A stretch of DNA of 64,000 bases from Balanoglossus misakiensis (lineage: Eukaryota > Animalia > Hemichordata): assembly GCA_040954595.2 (NCBI GenBank), contig CM082581.2, positions 5,014,699 through 5,078,698 of the forward strand, in the 5' to 3' direction. The translations under genes and the position numbers were made by a program. The notes beneath the pieces were generated by a model that saw nothing but the letters and a program-made list of their open reading frames with translations, was not told the origin of the DNA and ran no database searches. This document shows, in pieces, positions 26,001-36,829 of the stretch (positions are counted from its first letter, which is position 1; each line of letters begins with the position of its first letter).

Positions 26001-29000
26001 TCCCTTAAATTGAATTGAAAAATTAATTATGGTGAAATGCTACACAAAGAAGACCCCGTAAAAGGAACATAAATTCTGCAACACATGGCTGCCATTCACA
26101 ACCTGTATCCTGTCATGATTCTCTCTCTAATAGTCACATCTGTGTAAAAATAGTAATTAGCCACCAAGTTTACGAGGCGGCCATCCGCAAAAGCCTTGCC
26201 CATTTGATCGATAGGGATTGCCATTTAGACGACAATTGCGACTGTATTAGAATGTGTGAAATATGCGGAGCGGAGTGTAACTTCTGAAGACCGATTCTCA
26301 CTTTTTGCACCGACATAAAAACCGCACTTTCTCACTGTTGATTACTGGCGCCAGTGCTTGTAGCACCTTGCTTATCCGCAAAGTGTGAGAACATCAATAT
26401 TTCCACAACCGTAACGCAAGCACTGATTGATAGAAATTCTTGTCAGTGAGTTTTTGCCTTCGTACATCAAGATTTTATCAGAACTTTACATCAAAAAAGG
26501 TTCAGGCTCTTTATCTGTTTTATTGAAAATCTAAAGGATTAGCTTGATAAATATTTCAATGATAAACAAAGGCTTTCCGACGCATAAACATTAATAATTG
26601 TCAATCAGAACTAATGCGATATAACTAGTATGCTGAGACGAAACGTGTTTATGAATATTTCATATGTCAAGCTCGGCATTGAAACCGTTGCGAATAAATT
26701 GAAACAACTGTTTAAACTTTGATTTCAGAAAATCGCTTCTTTTATTTTCCAATTATCAAATATGGTTTGGCAGCAAACTATACTTAGATATCATCATGCT
26801 TTGAAAAGCAATCGCGTGATGTGTAAACATCCCCCCTGGAGGCCTAGCTTCTGAATTACCACTTTGGTTTGTACTGGCTGGTTTAACTTGTAAAATTCCT
26901 AACGATTTTCCTCATCGATGTTCTCTGAAATGTACCTCAATTGAATGAGGTATGCGTTGAGCCGATTGGATGGGTCGTGATCAGGCCCATATTGACTTCT
27001 ATAGCCAAATTCCCCGGGACATAAACACGCCATTGACAAACGTGTGACATTTTTCGCGAATTTGGAAACATTTCCCAATTAGCGAGTTCTTGATGAGAAC
27101 TGCCATTAGGCACGATCACAATCGATTGTCAAGTAACTAACCTTCCCAGACATGTAATTACTGTCCAAGCCGGCAGCTGTTCCTCTGTGATGAGCCGGTG
27201 GCGCCAGGATGGTGGCGGTGCCGTGAAAATCCCTGGCTGGAGTAAAGCTGCCCGGATTGTGATGCTAATCTCCGCCTTTCATCTCATCACACGATTCGAA
27301 AAAACACGAATATCAAGCAATAGACAAAGACAATAGGCCATTTAACACCTTTACTATCACATGATTAGCTAATGATAGTGGCACTGGGGAAACTGTACAA
27401 CCAAACTGACACTGTTCGGGGGGAATGGCCTTCCAAATTGATTTTCTGGTAGGTTTCTGCGGGTGACAATTTATTGAACGATTTTGATTTAAAGAAATTG
27501 GAACAGCGAACGTCGCATCGTTTATCCGAATTATATGAACAGTGAATCGGGAATCGTTTCGGCAAACAAATTCAGAGTCACACCTCAGGTTAGGCATGGG
27601 TTAGGCAAGGAGGTATACATATGTTCCCTCCTACCTCTAGGGGTTAGACACGTGGTACATCATGGTTAGACGAAGATTCAACGTAACTGAAGATTTGTTG
27701 CCCTTGTATAGGGATGTCGTGTCTACCAATGTTTTCCACGGCTTATGTTGTATCTACGGTAATCGGGGCCAATATCCCCGGCAGTTGGCAGCTTCAGCCC
27801 CGAGAACCTCGAAGACAGGCGAGCTCACAGCCAACACGGTGCAGGGGTCTATTGTAATACAGTTTAGAAAAGCATTGTCAATATTGGGGCGAAGTGTAAG
27901 ACACAGTTAAGAAAACAATGGGGATCATCGTCCAGTTCAATAGACGAGGAGGTTTGCTATTACTAGCTGGCGCCACCGGCGTGCACACAGATAAAAAACA
28001 TGCAATCTAAAATGTGTGAAGTGGTTTAACACTGTTCTTTATTGCCGATTAAGATCCTTTGTTCTGTGCTATGCACGTCGAAATTCCTGGTGATGGACAT
28101 TTTCCTGTGTTGGTGCATAGACCTACGGTTGGTGGGATTTTAAGAATTATTCCGGCGTGACTATAAGAAGAGACCAGTATTTCGCAGGGATTGAAGAAGC
28201 CGTGAATTATATTCTGGTAGAATTGTAATTAACCAAATAATCTATAAGCTTATCAACAATTCTCGTGTACTTTTATGTATTGTAATGTCGGTCGCCACAA
28301 TGTAAAACTATCGTCCATCGCCAGGTCTGTTCAAATCAGTGAGTACACGAAAAGGGGAAACTTGCCTTCAAATACTATAATTCTAATTTATACCATAGAT
28401 TTATACCATAGACCCTAGGGAAGGTCCGTGTTCATACAAACCACCTGTTGATTCTATCACACGGCCTCTATGCATGTGTGTGCGGTAGGGGTTGCACGCC
28501 CGCATAGGGGTCTGTCCTGATGCATGTAGATGTCTATTGGCCACTTGGCATGATGTTTCTTTTCTTGTACATTACTAGTCTAGAAATCTCGAAATACAAT
28601 TTCGGAGATCGTCAGATGCTTCCACAGTCTTCCTCTTGTTTTCGCCATTTCCACTTGGACTGGCTAATCTGTGAAATCACTGGCGCCAGGCAATGAAAAC
28701 ATGTCGGGCCGTCTATAGAAAACTGCCCAACGTCCTTTGTGAAGAGAACTATAGGCCCATCGGCTATGTGTAAACGCCATTGAGCGATTCTCGCAGATTT
28801 TCAACGACTTCGGCTTTGATGTAATATTTTACTAGTATTGACATGTTGACACGTGTAAACAAAAGTAGGTGAGAACACGGCGATCCATTATCGCTCCTCC
28901 ATAGACCCCATTCACAGGTCAATAAATCTTTTTCACACGTTTCCCGGCAAGTGATTGGTCGGTGGTTGCGTGAGCCATGCAAATAAGATCCGTCAACAGA

Positions 29001-29003
29001 TGG

Positions 29004-29010
29004 TATAAAA
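29004..29010 (+). promoter_or_regulatory. TATA box of homeobox gene 3
   Basis: TATAAAA 70 bp upstream of the ATG at 29074, with ATTGG (CCAAT) ~50 bp further upstream. Confidence 0.65.
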
Positions 29011-29073
29011 CAGCGTCAGGTGTGCGCAGTCGACAGAGTATCGTTCAGCCAGCAAAGCATCAACAACACCATC

Positions 29074-30370
29074 ATGGTCACCAAAAGCGACAGCCCAACC
29101 CGCAGAGATTCTGGAAGTAAATCCCACGTCGACGATTACGAAGTTGCGGTGATACTCGCCCAGACATCGGCGATGATTGACGGCAAATACAAGACTCCCG
29201 ACGCGAGCAGCGATGATGTGGCCGTTTCTGAGAGCGACTACGGCAGTGCAGATAGCGTGATCAGTTCTCCAACACGTAAGTAGCATACACGATCCCCCTT
29301 TTACCTTGCCGCAATGATTTTTGTGGGTGCTGCCCGATTGACTGGTGCTCGCAGCTCGTGCTGCGAATAACCAGTCAACGTAGCAGCACCCGCTGCAATC
29401 ATTGCAGCTACTCTCTACCCTGATCCTAGTGACCAAAAGTGGATGTACTTGAGTCCTCATTGCGTACGGCCCAGTTCATTACCAGTACATGTATATCTTT
29501 TATTGAATAATATAATAACCCGTCTTGTATTTTTCTACAGCATCTGAATGCGGCTCTGACACGAGCAGCAGCGACAGTTGTTGCGGCACCACACGCAAAT
29601 CGAGGCGGAAGCGAGCACGTACAGCCTTTAGCAGCGAACAAGTCTACAAATTGGAAAAGAAGTTTCAAGACCACAAATATCTGTCGCCCACCGAACGAGA
29701 AGACTTTGCTGAGAAAATTGGACTTTCAGATATACAGGTATGTCGAAAGTTTCACTTCCATTTTGCTATTTTTGAAAGTTCCTCGGGTTTTCGAGGATGT
29801 TTGCTTGTTTCAAAACCAACTCCGTGTTTATTAGTATATAAGTACACGTATATTCAAACACTGGCGACAACATTGGTGACAATAGTGTTGTGTAGTATCA
29901 TACAACATACCTGCTAGGCCTGCTTTTTTTACAATGAAACTAATTTTTTTCTAACTCAATTTCAGATAAAAACCTGGTTTCAAAACCGACGCATGAAATG
30001 GAAGAGACAACGCAAGGACGATTCCGAGGACGCAGCAATTCCCGAGTCGTACCCCGTAACGTCACTTGTCAGTTCTGCCTACCCACCGCCGCTGATTCCG
30101 TCTCCCCCAAGTTTATACCCCGCACCGATGACGTCAGCCCACCTGCGACACGTCCCGTCCGCTGTGCCGCTCCCAGCCCGACAAATGGTGCCGCTGTCAC
30201 CGTATCCACCCAGGGTTTCAACGCTCGCGTACCCGACTTTGACGCCGATGAGATCCCCCTATGCACCGGCGATACCGTTCCATCCCCCGGCCAGTTACAG
30301 TTTGAGCCCGTTGGTGTCCAGTCCGTACAGTCCGCTGCATAGACAGTACCCGCTGACCTTCTACTGTTGA
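29074..30370 (+). CDS. NKL-class homeobox gene 3, Vent/Ventx-like, 3 exons, ~267 aa
   Basis: Exons 29074-29275, 29541-29737, 29966-30370 (phases 1,0). HD RKRARTAFSSEQVYKLEKKFQDHKYLSPTEREDFAEKIGLSDIQ|IKTWFQNRRMKWKRQR. Pro-rich C-terminus. AATAAA at ~30542. Confidence 0.9.
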
Positions 30371-32016
30371 GGCATCAAGTCTCACAGCAAATAACCGGAC
30401 ATTTCAATGAGACATTTTATTCTCAGAATCTTTCTATTTCCTTCCATTTTCGGCACCAAGTGCCAACAAATGTTCCCGACTTTAAGAAGTATCCTGCCAA
30501 ATGTTTGTATATATATGAATTTTTAAAATTATTTATTGCTTAATAAAACTTTTCATCAATTGAACGATTTTTGCCGACATTTTATTGCGTCTATATAAGT
30601 GAATAATACCGCCTGTAATTAGACCACTGTCCCATCCATATTCGGTTTAATATTCAGATAACATCAATGCACATAGTGAAATCTGCGGTTTGAGACCCCA
30701 AATATGGGCGTTCCAACGTTGTTTTTTGAAGTAGAAAAAGAAACTGCGCGATCATACACACATACATTGTTCTAGCGCCTGTCCCACACCCCGGGTAAAT
30801 ACATGTAGTCCAAGAAAACTATGAACGGTATTTAAAGGGGGAATAAACAATTCGTTCTGGAGAATTGTTAGCAGAATGCAACCAAGAAGTCTGCCAAATA
30901 GGAACAAAACATCTAACTGAATCTTTGCTCGAGCTGAAAAAGATTATAATACATGTACTAGTATTTGATCAGCCTGACAGCGCCCGCTACCATGCACATT
31001 GGCAGACAAAGAGCTGGTACTCTTAGGTTTTGGATTTCGATTAGCGCTGTTTAAAATAACTGTACGCGCCTCTAGTAAACAGCATAGGCGTTTGAAAGAA
31101 TACAAACATTTTGTTAAGATTAGTATAATTTCAAATTGTGATAAATTATGATAATTATAGTTTTTATTTTCAAGAGTATTTGCAATGTATCGGTAAAAGA
31201 ACGTAGCGCCTCAGTACGGTTGTGATGCGGGTTTTACAATGCATACGTGAAGTTATCCAGTAACCGAGTTTCGGGTGATGAGTCACGAGTCCATTTTAGT
31301 CCTACATGTATTTTAAATTCAGGTTTTCTGTCTATAGCAAGTGGCTGTGAGGGCTATTCAGTGTCAAATATGATAGGTCATATTGCAAAACTTAACTGAC
31401 TTCAGACATCCATGAAATTTTTTTTAATGTCAGCAAACTGTTGTCTAGTCATTCCAACACACGATTTTAGCAGGGTACGATCAGGGAGCACGACGCGTCA
31501 TCACTGAAGACTATGTAAATGAAAAATATGCAAAATAAAATATATATTAGACATTCGCAATTGATCCGTGAGGCCTGCGAGACTGTTTTATCATGCATGT
31601 ACATATAGACTAATACAGTCTAGTCGTATGACAAGATGCCACAAGTAGAGCACGCCCTCTTAGGGCTCAGACTGAAATTTCTTACGTTAATGCATTTTGG
31701 GAAAGATTTGTGAATGAAACCCTGGAATGAAACATTTGAATGTATCGTAATAAATATTGCGAATAGGTTAAAGATAACATGACAAAAACACTCTTTTGCT
31801 TTCAAGCATTTCCGTTGGTTAATATCAATATAAAACGCGCATATTTAGAAATGAATCTGAATCTAAACGTAATGCGATTGCATGTTGTCGGAAAGTTGCG
31901 ACAAACAAACAAACAGTATCGCCATTTTGAAACCTCAGCACGGATGAAGTTTAGCAGTAAGTCTTGTTATTCGTGATATTTTCGTCATCAAGGGGGTGGT
32001 TCGTCACATTTTAGAG

Positions 32017-35000
32017 ATGGATGAACCCATGGAAGACCAATGCGGTGAGCACCAGTCGAACATAGAACAACAACAGGCGTCGGCTGAAGCAGAACGAAAG
32101 AAATTGCCATCACTTCTGAGGCCAGTAGGTACGTAGTTGACGGAAGCCTGTCATTTTTCCCCAGGTCATATGTTTTACTCGTCCAGTTTCACCTCGCTTT
32201 GGAAAACATGCGGCTTGTAGATGATGTTTACATGCTATAAGATTCTCCATTTTCAGATAGACTCACTTATGTGCAAATGGGGGCTCACCCGAGACCGCAC
32301 CGTGCGTATGCCATGCGTATCTATCATCAAATGGTCAATTAATGTTTTGGAACCCATTGCATGTGTCAGAGGTGGGATGCCAGCCCATTTCAGAAAACTA
32401 CATTTCCAACTTCCTTACCCACTTTTGCTTTCACTTTCCTTTATTTGATTTTCTTAAATAATGTAAGTTTCATTTTGTTTGGCATCCTTTCAAAACCTGC
32501 ATATAAATCGACATGACCCCCGCCCCCATGACACACACCCCCTCACCATCACTGGCTCAGTGCCTGTCACTCCAGTGTGAGGTGCGGCTTCCTGGGTAAC
32601 ATGCGCGTGTAATGTAACTATCACGGTGTGATCAGAAGGAGGTACAGTGTTGGTGGCTATTAATGCTGTGTAACCATAGAACTGAAAGTAGGGGCGACTG
32701 CTTTGCTTCTTGTTAACTGTGATGGTTACGACCCCTGTGAAGAGGTCAGACTTCCTCCATTTTGAAAGCGCGACTTTGAACTTGACAAATAGTCTCCCAT
32801 GTATTTAGGGGAATGAAAGAGTACAGATTTTCAGTATAGGCATGGTATCAATTTACAGCTGTAGTAAAGTTTTTTGTGAACATTTATTTTACAGTTATGG
32901 GTGCAATAACAAAAGAAGAGTATGAGAGTCAGTACTGGCCTAAGCTAGAAAATGCAATTACTCAGTTGTTAACTCAGACACCTGGAGACTATATACCGAT
33001 ATCCTATGAGCAGATGTACAGGTGAGTTCATGATAATTACTCCAAAAATCAAGCAATAGGTTCAAGTTAGCAAGTTTGTTCCTTTATGTGGGTCTGTTGG
33101 ATCCAGTACTGATAACACATTGTCTCGGATAAAACATCTTACCTTCACATGAGACACACTGACCAACATATGTTTGGTTTGATATTTTCAGCTGTGTTTA
33201 CAAATGTGTTTGTCAACAACACTCTGAACAGATGTATGGTGATCTACTTATAATCATCAGTAAACATTTAGAAAGACTTTCAATGGAATTAGAGGTGAGA
33301 ATTTTCATTCCTTCATCTCAAGTGTGACAATCTTGCTTTAACTTTGGTGTTGACAGTTAGACCAAAATAAAGGTGTGCAGTCACTAACACTCAAGTGAAT
33401 GGTTAAAAACTGATGAAAACTTTTATATGGTGCCCATTTGTAACTTTTTTTAACTCGCAGTATGTGTGAACCTAATTACTAACCACAGAGAATATTGAGT
33501 AGAGGAGTGCCTACTCCCACAGAATATAACAATTATTGGTTTCCTATCTCTATATTCCAGTCAAGTCCACCAGAAAACTACGTAGGAAGTTTTAACTTTG
33601 CACTCAACCAGTATACGCAAGCACTAGGAGGTATTGTTCCAATTTTTAATTACATGGTAAGTAGCTGCCATTTTTAGTTCCCATATTTATTCTAAAGACA
33701 TTAGCACTCCCAAATACAAGGCTGTGTTCACCTCAGCTTCTGAACTTGTCAGGTGACTTGATAAATGATATGTGAATAGAACAGATAGAATAACGATTTT
33801 GTGTCATTATACTAAACACATAAATTGAAAGTTTTTCTCTTTTTTCGTTGCAGAATCGTTTTTATGTAGCAACAAAACTCAATACAGATTTAAAAGATGA
33901 ATTGTCTAAATTATTCACAATATACGTAGCAGACAAACACGTACCTTTATTATTCAGTAAGTATAAAGTCTATTTTATAATGACCTCAAAACCCAATTTA
34001 GTTACAACTATTGTAAAATGATATGTGCTTTGATCACTTATGCTCTCTTTGTAATTTGAAATCGTCTGTAGGTTTACTAGAAGAAGCACATACAAAACCA
34101 TTTGCTGTGTCACCACCAACAATGGCAAACATCATCAAAGGTCTATATCAACTCAAACCAGGTGAGAAGGAATACTGAACACGAACGACCACATGGTTTT
34201 GTCATTACTCAGGAAGAGTTCTCACATTGCATTTAGTGAGAAGGGGCAGATAAATAAGTGATGCGGTTCCTTTATTTGACCCAGTTTTGGAAAAATCCAT
34301 GCTTTTTGAGGGAGGACTTGTACACATGACAACCAAGCACTGGTTCAACTTTCAACCGAATCACATTTTTTTCTGATCAATAATTTTTCACTTGCTTGTC
34401 TTTTCTCAGAATTAGCACAACTGAAACCCCATCTGTTTGCGAGGTTTATTCCAAATATCTTTCCTCCAGCCAAAGAGGAGCTGCTCGACCAGTACATTCA
34501 AGAAACACAACAAATGCAAAGAGAGCTGGAGAAGTGTGGTTATGCAAGGTAATCTTTCAATAGACTTTTGTAAATCTCTGGTCAGTTCATAGGCTGTTTA
34601 AAAGGAGACATAGTTACTGATGTTGGACATTATGTATAGTTTGAGGATTCCTTGTTGTTCTTACTGAAATATATGAAATCAACAGTAGGCAAATGTAATA
34701 TGTATATCTATATAATATAGAAATACTTTGAAGGTATCATTTCTGGTGTATTCTACGAGTTTTCTGCAGAAATTATCTGATGCATCCATGAAGATGTCAG
34801 TGAAATGACTGCATAGAACAATGCATGGCACGGCACTGTTTGTCATATTTTCCAATGGAACTGTCTGTACCTTCATATAACAAGCTTTCTTGTGATTCAG
34901 GTGTTAGGTCCAGGTGACTTATTTGCACTGACGATAACGAGCGCAGTGGTAACTGTGACTGTCATTTTCATCCACAGGGGCAACCAGAGCAGGAAGAGAG

Positions 35001-35207
35001 CTGGAGAAGACAGTATACCCAGTAAGTATGAGTAACGTGATAAGAATTACATTCTAGCTAGCAAGAGCTTTACTTAGAACCCCATGATGCCATGTATTCG
35101 AGAAGCACTGACAGAATTCACTGTTGTGGCTATAATGTACATTATTTTCTTTCTTTGTTTCAGAAAATTTACCATTAAGCTTCATGCCAAAGAACACAAG
35201 CAGCTGA
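32017..35207 (+). CDS. CACUL1: CDK2-associated cullin domain-containing protein 1
   Basis: Exons 32017-32128, 32895-33021, 33192-33294, 33561-33656, 33854-33956, 34072-34161, 34410-34548, 34978-35021 (or read-through to stop at 35035) and 35164-35207, with consistent phases. Translation [45 protein letters not shown]...[13 protein letters not shown]...[11 protein letters not shown]...FIPNIFPP...[11 protein letters not shown] closely matches vertebrate CACUL1 as recalled. Confidence 0.92.
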
Positions 35208-36756
35208 GAAGCAGCGGAGTGTGCTCCTGGTCATATAGTAATAAACTTAATACCGTATTTGGCTTGCCAGTTTCAACCAGACACTGGGGTTGATCCATTT
35301 AGAAGAAGTTTGTGTCTTGTAACAGAACTTATCGATCTTCTTCACCCACTATGATTTTTATGCAGTGACTGATCTATTCGCTGCACCAAAAAGGTACAAT
35401 TTAAAATGCTGTCACCCCTTCTACCTGGACATGGGCTGTCTCCTATCATTGGAATTGATAGGGTTGTACCAAATTTCCGGGGTGGTGGCAGGAATGAGAT
35501 AGAGGTTATTATGCGAAAGTCCGAGTTCCAAGTCCTGATGTGTGTCACTGTTCAGATTAGGTTAAGTTTGTCATTCATACCATGCGTTCAAATGACACGC
35601 TTTTTTTGACCGTCTCGAATTCACGGTAACTGCCCCTGGTTGACCCCTGACCCAAAAGGTCAAAGTTGAGAGGCTACCTGGACATGCTGCCCACAGACTC
35701 GTTTGTGTATGCAAACTGGGGTGTAGTCTTCTAAACATGTGAAGTATTTACAAGAAACACAGTGTGTGTCCTCATGGTGAAATAGATGCAGTGTATCTAA
35801 AATAGAATATCTTTGATTGCTTCTGTAAATTATACAAGTACAATTTACCGGCTTATCGCAACCAAATTTTTACATTCTACCCAACAATGTTTTTTTTCTG
35901 GCTCTATTCATCCATTTTAAGGTTCCTTTTTTTCATGCAAATTATCTGAAATGCCGGGCTGTGGTTTGATAATAAATTTGTGTAATCTGGTGAAAAGAAA
36001 TGCTCAATTTTTTTGTGCTGACTTTGTAGAGTTAAAAAATAGGCTGTAAACTGAGCAAGGTTGTTGCATAATGTGAAAATATAATTTTTACCTTTAACAT
36101 GTCAAAACACTGGTTATAAATTGTTCAGACAGCGTGCTTGGGATTATCAAACCAGTGTGCTTTGTGTTGATCGAACTTGTGAAAAAATTTGCAAGTCTGC
36201 GGGTGTTCTGAAAAATAATGTGGTGTGATCTGTCTTCAGTGAAGACCTTGGTGCATTGTCAGGAAACGTTCCTGAGATGTGGTATCAAAAATGAACTTTC
36301 TTTGAGACAAAGAAGCTGTGATGTCTTTCCAGCTAAAATGCTGTTATTTAAGACAGAATGCATTGCTATTTTGACAGTTATCAATGGAGCTAGCAGTTGG
36401 GCTTTGATAATTATAATACTGACACCTGGTGTGGCATCAGAATTTATTTATGAAACTCTTTTAAGTCCTTGTCCACTTTTTTCACTTTTCCTAATACACT
36501 CTTAGCATTATATCCGGCGTTTTTTTTTCTAATAAAGTTTGATCCAGTTTCAAAAATAAAACAGAATTTTGGGTAATTTTTGTGTCATTTTCTAAAGGGT
36601 GTAATTTCCACTATTATCACGATTACAAATGTACCCGTCAGGACTCTTCGTTTCATTCTGTCGTGCGACGTGTGCATGCATTTGGCATGTCATTCTGGGG
36701 AAGTTCGCCCTCTTATGGCCATTACTGTTGTTACTGCCGTTTTCCTCGTTCGAACC

Positions 36757-36829
36757 TAGTCTCGGTTACCCAGACCCCCCTGCTTCTTTCCCAACGGAAG
36801 AAGCAGGGGGGTCTGGGTAACCGAGACTA
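36757..36829. mobile_element. Miniature palindromic non-autonomous DNA transposon (MITE), 73 bp, 9-bp TSD
   Basis: Perfect 32-bp inverted arms TAGTCTCGGTTACCCAGACCCCCCTGCTTCTT / AAGAAGCAGGGGGGTCTGGGTAACCGAGACTA around a 9-nt loop, flanked by direct repeats GTTCGAACC (36748-36756 and 36830-36838). Confidence 0.85.

Larger units (their letters stand above)
17226..28688. promoter_or_regulatory. Dispersed array of nine TGGCGCCA palindromes (Smad1/5-type GGCGCC cores)
   Basis: TGGCGCCA starts at 17226, 17300, 19633, 23945, 25008, 26346, 27199, 27968 and 28681, all in non-coding DNA between the homeobox genes. Confidence 0.6.

Noticed and set aside
17226-28688. TGGCGCC as LTR-retrotransposon primer-binding sites
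   Set aside because: No adjacent LTR ends (TG...CA), no extended tRNA complementarity and no gag/pol remnants were seen.
35400-35800. Possible degraded interspersed repeat in the CACUL1 3' region (TGACCCC/GGTCAAAG motifs), with similar-looking fragments near 11700-11900, 51280-51540 and 62220-62540
   Set aside because: No termini, TSD or second copy could be established within the window. A repeat library search is needed.
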